Positions 8,613 to 16,800 of a stretch of 37,208 bases of DNA are shown one piece after another. Made by a program: the position numbers and the translations under genes. This DNA is from Pirellulales bacterium (GTDB taxonomy: Bacteria; Planctomycetota; Planctomycetia; Pirellulales; UBA1268), in the NCBI GenBank assembly GCA_044346905.1, contig JBIIYH010000003.1, positions 1 through 37,208 on the forward strand. The letters are read 5' to 3'. Under the pieces are notes generated by a model. The model worked only from the letters and a program-made list of their open reading frames with translations. It was not told where the DNA came from and did not search any database. Numbering within the stretch: position 1 is the stretch's first letter; each line of letters begins with the position of its first letter.

Positions 8613-9509
8613 TCACTTGCCGTTGAACTTGTAGGCGGCGTTCTTGGGGTCGAAGTCGGCGTCGGTGAAGCCGTTGTTGATCTTCACGTTCATGTAGGTG
8701 TATTCCTCCATCAGCACCGGCTGCCCCCCTTCCTCGTGCGGCCAGTCGTAGGCCTCGTAGCGAACCGGGATCAACAGTTCGTCGTCGATGAACACCCGCG
8801 CCAGGTGAAAGCGGAAGTTCCGCCGCGGCACCGGATGAACCACCTGCACGCAGGTGCAGACCCGGCCGTTGACCTTGGCGTTGGGATAGAAGTTGACCTC
8901 GCACTCCCCGAACTGCTTGTCGTGCTGGGCCACCTCGACGAGCCGCTTGGCCAGGTTCTCGACGCCGATCTCCGTCACGGCATAGCGGTTGCCCTGCATC
9001 GCCAGCGCCCCGTCGGGCTTGAGCGAGACGGTGCCCACCATCGCCCGCACGCCGCTGCCGGCATGGGCGAGCATGTTGCCGTCGTTGTGCCCGGTGACGT
9101 AGATCACCTCCTGGCCCTTCACGTCCTCGGGGGCGAGGAAGTAGAGGTAGACGCTGAACGGCTCGTGCCTGATCTTCGCGAAGATGTACTGGTGCTCGCC
9201 GAGCTTGCCGTCGACTCGCTCCCGCTTGACCATGGTGCAGGAGTAGTCCTTCACGTTGGCCCGCAGCTGGGCCAAGCCGCGCTGGGCCAGTTCGAGAGCC
9301 GGCTCGAGCGGGTGCTGTCCGACCGTGGCAGCCGTGGCGTCTCCGGCGCCCACGTTGCCCTCGGCCACACCGCCGTTGGGCATGAGGCCGGGGCCCAACG
9401 GAGATTGGGCCCGGGCGGCGGCCGCAGTGGTCGCGACCGCCAGGGCCAGGGCCAGGCAGCCCCGCCGCACGGATACCTGGGTCGGAAAGAAGTTCACCGT
9501 GCCGGCCAT
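8613..9509 (-). CDS. Exported DUF1571-like protein (planctomycete-enriched)
   Basis: Signal peptide ending AAARA-Q. DYSCTMVKRERVDGKL, KIRHEPFSVYLYF, GQEVIYV.G.NDG, EEYTY....N.G.TD.DFD..N..Y.F. Confidence 0.75.
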   Translation of the reverse strand: MAGTVNFFPTQVSVRRGCLALALAVATTAAAARAQSPLGPGLMPNGGVAEGNVGAGDATAATVGQHPLEPALELAQRGLAQLRANVKDYSCTMVKRERVDGKLGEHQYIFAKIRHEPFSVYLYFLAPEDVKGQEVIYVTGHNDGNMLAHAGSGVRAMVGTVSLKPDGALAMQGNRYAVTEIGVENLAKRLVEVAQHDKQFGECEVNFYPNAKVNGRVCTCVQVVHPVPRRNFRFHLARVFIDDELLIPVRYEAYDWPHEEGGQPVLMEEYTYMNVKINNGFTDADFDPKNAAYKFNGK

Positions 9510-9510
9510 C

Positions 9511-9526
9511 GATCCCTCCATGGATC
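9511..9526 (-). promoter_or_regulatory. ANGGAG hexaloop hairpin over the SD (CsrA/RsmA-type site)
   Basis: Minus strand GATCC-ATGGAG-GGATC-g-ATG(9509). Confidence 0.5.
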
Positions 9527-9703
9527 TCGGGTGTGCTGTCAGGGGGCAGCCTCGGGCCTGCCCCGTCATCGGTTATCGCCGCCGCGGCTCGACCGCGTTG
9601 AATCGCCCTGGGGTGCTCGGCACGGCCCGCACGTTCGTGCGCGCCGGACCGCCGCCGGGCCGGGAGTCTAGCGACGCCCCGGGATGGCCACCAGCCCACC
9701 TTC

Positions 9704-9743
9704 CCTGGGGAAAAACCGCCGCCGGAGCCTGTTTTTCCCCAGG
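9704..9743. repeat. Perfect 13-bp inverted repeat with a 14-nt spacer in a divergent intergenic region
   Basis: CCTGGGGAAAAAC (9704-9716) and GTTTTTCCCCAGG (9731-9743). Confidence 0.85.
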
Positions 9744-9820
9744 CAGAACCTGGCTGCTTGTGGCCCGCGCCGCCGCCAACCATGCTCCACGGAGTCGCTT
9801 CCCCGGCCCGCTCGTCCGCC

Positions 9821-10507
9821 ATGCCCTCCGCCGAACTCATCCACGCCACGCCCACCCTGGAGGTGGCCCGCGTCGAGTCGCTGCCCTTCGGGGAGCACTC
9901 CTACATCTGCCGCCGCCCGGGCCGGCGGGGCTGCCTCGTGGTCGATCCGGGCTTCGAGCCCGAGGAGATCATCGCCTGGCTCGAGGCCGGCGACCTCGAG
10001 CCGGAGGCGATCCTGCTGACCCACGGCCACTCCGACCACATCGCCGGCAACGCCGCCTTGAAGGCCCGCTGGCCCGATGCGCCCCTGCTCATCGGTCGGG
10101 GCGACGCGGCGAAACTGACCGATCCCGCGACCAACCTTTCGGCCCCCTTCGGACTGTCGCTCACGAGCCCGCCGGCCGACCGCCTGCTGGCCGACGGCGA
10201 GCGGCTCGCCGTGGCCGGCTGCGAACTCTTGGTCCGCGAGATCCCGGGCCACTCGGCCGGGCACGTGGTCTATGTCATGGAGGCCGAGGGCCCGCCGGTG
10301 GTATTCGGCGGCGACGTGCTCTTCCGGGAGGGCATCGGCCGGACCGACTTTCCAGACGGCGACTTCGAGGCCCTGGCCGCCGGCATCCGCCGGCACCTCT
10401 ACTCGCTGCCCCCCGAGGCGATCGTGTTCCCCGGCCACGGCGAGCCCACGACCGTCGGGCACGAGCGGCGGCACAACCCCTTCGTGACGGCCCGATCATC
10501 GGATTGA
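9821..10507 (+). CDS. MBL-fold metallo-hydrolase (glyoxalase II/YcbL-GloC-like)
   Basis: VVDPG, LTHGHSDHIAG, PGHSAGH, GDVLF..GIGRTDFP.GD, FPGHGEPTTVG.E...NPF. Confidence 0.9.
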   Translation: MPSAELIHATPTLEVARVESLPFGEHSYICRRPGRRGCLVVDPGFEPEEIIAWLEAGDLEPEAILLTHGHSDHIAGNAALKARWPDAPLLIGRGDAAKLTDPATNLSAPFGLSLTSPPADRLLADGERLAVAGCELLVREIPGHSAGHVVYVMEAEGPPVVFGGDVLFREGIGRTDFPDGDFEALAAGIRRHLYSLPPEAIVFPGHGEPTTVGHERRHNPFVTARSSD

Positions 10508-10509
10508 CC

Positions 10510-11217
10510 ATGGCCTCCGCCGCGATCGAAGATGACGGGATGCTCTCGCCGGCCGACATCCGCGACTTCCCCCCGGCTTCGGGCCCCCGAAGCCGGGTTC
10601 GTTCGCCGGTCTGCCGGGCGGCGGGGCTCGGCCTCGCGGCCCTGGCCCGGCTCCTGGCGGGGGCGAGCGTCCGCTGGATCGCCAGCCAGCCCGACACCTG
10701 CCAGCGGATTTACTTCGCCAACCACACCAGCCACCTCGACGCGCTGGTGATCTGGGCCAGCCTCCCGCAGACGGTCCGCGAGGTGACCCGCCCCGTGGCG
10801 GCCAAGGACTACTGGTCGCGGGGGATCGTCCGCCGCTGGTTGGCGACGGAAGTGTTCGATGCGATCCTGATCGACCGCACCGACATCAAGGTCCACCAAA
10901 GTCCGGTGGACCTGATGCTCCGCGAGGCGGGCAACAGCCACTCGCTGATCGTGTTTCCAGAGGGCAGCCGGAGCATCAGCGGCGAGGTCGGGGAGTTCAA
11001 GAGCGGCCTCTACTACCTGGCGAAGAAGCGGCCCGACCTGGAACTGATCCCGGTCCACATCGACAACCTCAACCGGGTGCTGCCCCGCGGCGAGTTCCTG
11101 CCGGTGCCCTTGCTCTCGTGCATCAGTTTCGGGCCGCCCTTGTGGCTGGAGCGGGGCGAGTCCAAGCTCGATTTCCTGGCCCGCGCCCGCCGGGCGGTCA
11201 TGGCCTTGAAGGAATAG
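10510..11217 (+). CDS. plsC: Lysophospholipid (1-acyl-sn-glycerol-3-phosphate) acyltransferase, PlsC family
   Basis: ANHTSHLD (HX4D), AAKDYW, IDR, VFPEGSRS, FKSGLY. Starts 2 nt after the MBL stop. Confidence 0.85.
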   Translation: MASAAIEDDGMLSPADIRDFPPASGPRSRVRSPVCRAAGLGLAALARLLAGASVRWIASQPDTCQRIYFANHTSHLDALVIWASLPQTVREVTRPVAAKDYWSRGIVRRWLATEVFDAILIDRTDIKVHQSPVDLMLREAGNSHSLIVFPEGSRSISGEVGEFKSGLYYLAKKRPDLELIPVHIDNLNRVLPRGEFLPVPLLSCISFGPPLWLERGESKLDFLARARRAVMALKE

Positions 11218-11254
11218 ACAGGCAGCCGCGGCCCCGCGCCGCGGCACCGCAGGC

Positions 11255-12214
11255 ATGACCGACAACCGTACGATCGCTCTCGTCGCCGGTGTGCTCGCCC
11301 TGCTCACGGCGGCCACGGCCGTGGGCCAGTTTCTCCGCCGCCATCCCGACCGCGGCCTCGACCCGGCCGCCGTCCGCACCTTCAACCGCCGGCTGCGGGG
11401 CTGGTGGGTCCTGTGCACGGTACTGGCCGCGGCCTTCTGGCTGGGCAGCACGGCGACCGTCGTGCTCTTCGGCCTGGTCTCCTTCTGGGCGCTCCGCGAG
11501 TTCATCACGCTCACGCCGACCCGCAAGGGGGACCACCGGGCCCTGTTCTGGGTGTTCTTCGCCTTCACGCCGCTCCATTACGTGCTCGTGGGCCTCAACC
11601 GCTACGACGTGTTCAGCGTCTTCCTGCCCGTCTACGCCACGCTCTTCGTCCTGGCCCGGGTGGCCTTTGCCGGCGACTACAAGCGGTTCCTGGAGCGGAC
11701 GGCGAAGATCCAGGCGGGGCTCGTCGTGTGCGTCTACTGCCTGTCGTTCGCGCCGGCGCTGTTGGAACTGCCCCTGCCGGGCTCCGGGGAAAGCCGGGGA
11801 GCCAACTTCCGGCTGTTGTTCTTCCTGATCCTGCTCGTCCAGTTCGCCGACTGCATGCAGTATGTCTGGAGCCGGATGCTGGGCCAGCGGCTGGTGGCGC
11901 CCGCGGTCAGCTCCAACCGCACCTGGGAAGGCCTGCTCGGCAGCGCCACGAGCACGGCGCTCCTGGCAGCGGCCCTGTGGTGGGCCGCGCCCCCCTTCCA
12001 GCTCTGGCAGGCCACGCTGGCCGGCTTCGTGGTGGCGGTGATGGGCTTCGCAGGCGGGATGACGATGTCGGCGATCAAGCGGGACCGCGGCGTGAAGGAC
12101 TACGGCACGCTCGTGGTGGGCCACGGCGGCGTGCTCGATCGGATCGACTCGATGTGCTTCGCCGCGCCGGTCTTCTACCACATCACGCTGCTCGTCACGG
12201 GCATTAAGCCGTGA
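11255..12214 (+). CDS. cdsA: Phosphatidate cytidylyltransferase (CdsA family, YnbB-like subtype)
   Basis: Polytopic membrane protein. SFWALREF, SSNRTWEG and the signature SAIKRDRGVKDYG..V.GHGGVLDRIDS. Confidence 0.85.
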   Translation: MTDNRTIALVAGVLALLTAATAVGQFLRRHPDRGLDPAAVRTFNRRLRGWWVLCTVLAAAFWLGSTATVVLFGLVSFWALREFITLTPTRKGDHRALFWVFFAFTPLHYVLVGLNRYDVFSVFLPVYATLFVLARVAFAGDYKRFLERTAKIQAGLVVCVYCLSFAPALLELPLPGSGESRGANFRLLFFLILLVQFADCMQYVWSRMLGQRLVAPAVSSNRTWEGLLGSATSTALLAAALWWAAPPFQLWQATLAGFVVAVMGFAGGMTMSAIKRDRGVKDYGTLVVGHGGVLDRIDSMCFAAPVFYHITLLVTGIKP

Positions 12215-12252
12215 GGCGACAGGCGTCGTGTCCTCCAACGCCTCGAAGGCCT

Positions 12253-12389
12253 GCTCGGGGTGGCCCGTGCCCCGGAGCCGGCCTTGCTGGCAAGCGCAGG
12301 CAGGATGCCGAAGCGCTGCCAGCATGGAGTGAGCGAAGGCAGGATGCCGAAAGCGAACGTCCGGCGACGGGGCATGGGCCACCCCGAGC
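12253..12389. repeat. Structured element: 22-bp terminal inverted repeat enclosing two AGGCAGGATGCCGAA direct repeats
   Basis: GCTCGGGGTGGCCCGTGCCCCG (12253-12274) pairs with CGGGGCATGGGCCACCCCGAGC (12368-12389), one G-U. 15-nt direct repeats at 12298-12312 and 12337-12351. Confidence 0.8.
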
Positions 12390-12421
12390 CGCGTCACCAG
12401 GGAACGTCAACTGGCGTGGTC

Positions 12422-12527
12422 GCCGGGGGCGAAAGCCTCCGTCGCTGGGATATTTCGCGCGGCCCGGCCGGACGCTCCGACGTCAACCGGGCGAAATCTC
12501 CAGGCTCCTTCGGCTTCCGCCCCCGGC
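12422..12527. repeat. Long imperfect hairpin (about 106 nt)
   Basis: GCCGGGGGCGAAAGCC (12422-12437) pairs with GGCTTCCGCCCCCGGC (12512-12527), one mismatch. Inner ATTTCGC/GCGAAAT and GCCCGG/CCGGGC pairings. Confidence 0.7.
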
Positions 12528-12569
12528 TTCCCGGTTTGAGCGGGGAGTGAGGAGGGAGCTGGCTCGGAT

Positions 12570-12585
12570 GTGCCCAATTGGGCAC
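12570..12585. repeat. Perfect 16-bp palindrome immediately after the peptidase stop codon
   Basis: GTGCCCAATTGGGCAC. Confidence 0.75.
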
Positions 12586-12586
12586 G

Positions 12587-13567
12587 TCAGCGGCGGACGG
12601 CGCCCGCGCGGGAGTAGATCGACGAGCGGGCGGCGCTGGTGGCCACCGGGCCCGAGTCGGAAGCCGGGTTCCAGGCCACGGGCTGCGGGTCGGGGCTCTG
12701 GCCGCGGGCGGTCGGCGTCCAAGCCGCCGGCGAGGCGACCGGAGTGGCCGCCGCCAGCGCGGCGGGCGGGGCCGGGCAGCCCTGCTTCACCCAGTCGAGC
12801 CAGATGTGCTGCAGCTTGGCGATGTCGTTGACGCCGTAGTGACGCTCGAGCGCGCCGGCCCAGTCGTCGCGGGTCAGGCCGTCGCCCACGAAGGCGACGT
12901 ACTTGTGGCGGCCGCCCCGCTCGATCAGGAATCGGGCCAGCGAGTAGCCCTGCGAGTAGAGCGGCAGCACGTCGGGCGGATACTCCCGCATCGCGAACAT
13001 CTCCGGGAAGGCGATACCGCGGCCGGTGGTCAGAAACTCGATCAGCATCTTGTGCTGCCGGGCCCGCTCGACCGGATGCTCGACCGTGGTGCAGGCCCCC
13101 TCGTCGGCCCACCTGGGGAGCGGCCGGCGGAAGTAGCTGGCGAAGATCGTGTGGGTGATCTCATGCGGCAAGACGGAGTCGAGAATCCGCTCCTCGCTGC
13201 CTTGGATCGTCATCGTCCAGTTGAAGACCTCGCCCTTGTCAAACACGAAGCTCGTCGCGCCGCCGGCGCCGAGGTGCGGGGCCACCTGGGCGGTGATCGG
13301 GCAGGGCCTGCTCCACCGGGGCAGCGGGCTGCCCGTCCACTCGACGGCCAGGGTGTGGCGATACTGCTCGGCCGCCTCGCCGATCTTCCGGGCCTGGTCG
13401 GGCGTGGGGGCCTCGACCACGAAGTTGGCCGTCCGATAGCCGGCCCCGACGGCCGACGGGCTCCACCAGGCCGCCGCGAGGGCAGTGATCAGAGCCGCCA
13501 TCCGGAGTGAAAAAACGATCCGGGCCCGGCCGGCCCCCGCCTGCGTGCCTCGTCCGCGAACCATCAT
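12587..13567 (-). CDS. Secreted gluzincin-type (peptidase MA-like) Zn metallopeptidase, planctomycete family
   Basis: Signal-like segment MAALITALAAAWWSPSAVG. YRTANFVV, VLPHEITH (HEXXH) and PRWADEG (third ligand E). GGAGG SD 10 nt before ATG 13567; alternative start 13501. Confidence 0.78.
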   Translation of the reverse strand: MMVRGRGTQAGAGRARIVFSLRMAALITALAAAWWSPSAVGAGYRTANFVVEAPTPDQARKIGEAAEQYRHTLAVEWTGSPLPRWSRPCPITAQVAPHLGAGGATSFVFDKGEVFNWTMTIQGSEERILDSVLPHEITHTIFASYFRRPLPRWADEGACTTVEHPVERARQHKMLIEFLTTGRGIAFPEMFAMREYPPDVLPLYSQGYSLARFLIERGGRHKYVAFVGDGLTRDDWAGALERHYGVNDIAKLQHIWLDWVKQGCPAPPAALAAATPVASPAAWTPTARGQSPDPQPVAWNPASDSGPVATSAARSSIYSRAGAVRR

Positions 13568-13701
13568 GCCGTGCGAGCCTCCGTGCCAGTCCGACCATCC
13601 GCTGCCAGGCGGCCGACACGCCGCGAAATCCTTTCGCAACGGTGCCCTGACGGGCTGACGGCCATGAACGGGGGCGGACGGTAGCGGCGGCCCTGAGGCC
13701 C

Positions 13702-13770
13702 GGCCAGACCGCTTTCGCGGGCCAGACCGCTTTCGCGGGCCAGACCGCTTTCGCGGGCCAGACCGCTTTC
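13702..13770. repeat. 18-bp tandem repeat, 3 full copies plus 15 nt (GGCCAGACCGCTTTCGCG)
   Basis: Identical units start at 13702, 13720, 13738 and 13756 (partial). Intergenic, with no spacers. Confidence 0.95.
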
Positions 13771-13831
13771 CGCTTGCCTGTCCCGCCCAGTTTTGCGGGC
13801 CGGGGAAGAGCGGCGGACGGCCGGCGGCGGC

Positions 13832-16800
13832 TCAGCCGCCCGCGAACGTCAGCGTGCTGTCGTCGCCGGCGGGATCTCCGCCGGAGCCACGTTGGGCGGC
13901 CGCTCGCGGCAGCGCCAGCCAGATCCCGAGACCGATCATCACGAGCCCCGGCAGGGCCGGCTCGAGCACCAGCAGCCAGGCGGTGCCGCAGGCCAGCCAC
14001 CACCACCGCGACAGCCAGGGCATCATGACCGACCAGGCCCGGGGAAACCGCCGCGCCGCGAGCCAGAGCAGCGCGACGCCGCCGAGGATCGCCGCCGTCA
14101 CGAACCCGCGGGCCGCCGCCGAGGCGAACCCGAGCGGCACGGCGCGGAGCGTCACGCTCCCATCGGCTGCGGCCACGATCCTGATTCGCTCCGGTGCCGA
14201 CGAGACCGATTTTCCCGCGGCCTCATACCAGGCCCGCTCACCGGCGGGTCCAGCACCTGCCTTCCGCCCGGCCGCAAACCCGTCGAGCCGTTGCCGCCGC
14301 CCGCCGACCGTGCCGCTGATCGCGGCCGCGAAGGCCTCGTCGATCCGGGTTCGCGATTGCCTCGTCCAGTTCTTGAAGGCCTCCTCATCGAGCACCCGCG
14401 CCGGCTCGGAGACCCGCAGCGCGAAGCCGGCCGGCGTGTGCAGCGACCAGGCGACGGCGGCCGCTGGCAGCCCCTCGAGCCGCGGCGGCTCGAGGCGGAT
14501 CGGTTCGCCGGCGGCCAGCCTGCCCCCGACGCCGCCCGAAATCACCGCCACCAGCGACCGCGGCCAGCCCACGTCGTGCAGCCGGATCTGCCAGGCGTTG
14601 CCTCCCAGCGGTGTCGCCGCCACCTCTCGGCCATCGACCCGGAGATCGAACAACCTCAGCCCCGGCGGAACCAGCACCGTCACGAGTGGCTCGCCGGGGA
14701 GCAAGTCGAACCGCACGAGCCCCCAGGCCCGGCTGTTGGCGTCGATCGCCAAGTCGATCGTCGTCAAGGGCACCGAGGCAGCCGCCGGAGGCGTGACGGC
14801 TGGAGGCCGTTGAACTTCGTCGCCGGCCGTCACGGGCAAGGGTGGCGAGTTGTTTCGCGTGAGCGTGTAGCCAGGAGCCGCCTGCGAGGCCGCGAGCTCC
14901 AGCCGATCCCGCGTGGCCAGGTCGCCCGGCCGCTCCGGATCCGTCACGGTCAGTTCGATGCCCGGAGCCGCCTGCCACCTGAGCTCGAGCGGCAGGCCGG
15001 GGTCCGGAATCCGGGCCACCGGCAGGCGGCCGCGGCTGGCGGGCCGGAGCGGAAGCCGGGCGTCGAGTTCGAAGCGAAACGGGCCGGTCTCCGGTCGCTG
15101 CACCACCGCCACGATGCGATCGGCCGCGGTCCGGGACCAGAAGAGATCCACCCGGCGGTCGGACGGCTCGGCATCGTCCCCCGCAGGCTGGCGGGTCAGC
15201 GCGAGGTCGTCGATGATGGCCGCTGGCGGCAACTGGACCGGGATTTCGACGAGCGGCGCGTCCCGGGCATCGATCTGGTATCGCAGCCGCAGTCCCACGT
15301 GGTCGTCGGCCAGCGTCACGACCAGGTTCTGGGCGGCCCGCGGCCGCCGCAGCTGCCGCGTGACGGTGATCCGCGGCCGAAGTTCCGTGGTGCTCGCACC
15401 CTCGGTGGTCACCGCATCGCTCCGCCACACCGCGGTGGTGCCTGGGCCGTCCTCCAGCCGGGGACGCACCGGCGCCATGCCGGGGGGCAGTTCCGCGGTG
15501 GCCGCGAGGCCGGGCTCGGGACGCAGCCGGGCGGTGCGGACATCCGCTTCGACGTCCTGGAGCCAGGCGAACGGGGCGTCGAACACGCCGACGGGGTCGG
15601 CCAACGGCAGGCGAAACTCGACCACGACTCGCCGCTGCCCGACTCGGGGCTCGGGAATCTCCACCAGATGACGTCCCCCGCCCAGCGGCTGGAGCGACGG
15701 ACTCCCGCGGGGCGCCGCCACGGGCTCGAGTCGCGGGTCGGCCCGCACCACCAGTTGCCGAACGATCGTCCCCTCGGCGCCGACATCGAAACTCGCCGTC
15801 ACCCGGCACTCGTCGCCACGCCAGGCGATGTCGTTGAAACTGACGGCGGCGGCCAACCCGGCCGCGAGCGCGGCCCGCCGGTCCACGGGTCGCACCACGC
15901 GGATCCGCGCGGCACCGGCCACGTCGAACACGCCGCCGCTCGCAGCCGGAAGCCAGCCGCCGTCACGGCTGGAACGATCGCATTGCCACGCGGTCCGGCG
16001 GCCCGTCACGATCACCGGCTCGTCGATCCGCAGCGTCGCCCGCGGAGCAGGGGGAAGATTCACGATCGTCTCCTCGACGTCGCCCGCCCGCGTCGGTTCC
16101 GGCACGAGCTCCAGCCTCAGCCGGTGCCTCCCGGCGACGGTGCTCACGACCCGAGCAACCCGTCCTTGGCCGCCGATCGACGCTTCCAGGCCGCGGGGCG
16201 GATCGACCACTCGGCCCCAGGTGACCTGGGAGCCAGTCTGGTCCACGACGAGCAGGCCGCCGACATCGGCGTCGAGATCCAACTCGAGGATCCACGGACC
16301 ATCCGCGGTCCCGGCGGGGGCGATGATCTCGGTGGCCAAGACCCGCAGCGATGACGGGCCGGCGATCGCGGTCGAAAGCCGCCGAAACAGCGGCTCGGGC
16401 ACGAGCGCCGTGCCTCCAGCGGGCCCCGGTGTGACGAACACCCGCACCGGCGAATCATCGCCGGCGTGCGCGGCCGGCCCGGCCACGGCCAGGGCGACGA
16501 GGGCCGCAACGACAACCGGCGGGCCGGGCCGCCACCGCGTGGCGGCCCAACTGCCCGCGATGCCGCCCCAGAGCGTCGTGCGGGCCATGATGTCCCAGGG
16601 CGCAGGGCACCAGATCGCGGCCACCGCCGCCACGCCGCAGGCGGCGACGGCCGCCGGCCCGCTCCGCCGAGCCAAGAGCATGGTCGCCAGCGCGGCGGCG
16701 CTGCCGGCGGCGATGGCCAGCGACCAGAGAACCCGGCGGCGGATCACCAGCGGGCCCGCGCCGGCCGCCCCGTCGGCGGGGAGCACGACCGCGTGAAAGC

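Noticed and set aside
9256-10509. 653-aa ORF suggesting a long N-terminal fusion on PlsC
   Set aside because: The extension overlaps the DUF1571 and MBL genes and is low-complexity. ATG 10510 directly follows the MBL stop.
12211-12831. 206-aa ORF starting at a GTGA overlap with the cdsA stop
   Set aside because: Arg/Pro/Gly-rich with no motif. It crosses the palindromic elements and overlaps the convergent peptidase by more than 240 nt.
13702-13770. Possible CRISPR array
   Set aside because: The units are contiguous 18-mers with no unique spacers, and no cas genes are nearby.
13239-14006. 255-aa ORF translating the tandem repeat as (KAVWPA)n
   Set aside because: It overlaps two real genes out of frame and is otherwise low-complexity. 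The peptide repeat is a by-product of the 18-bp unit.
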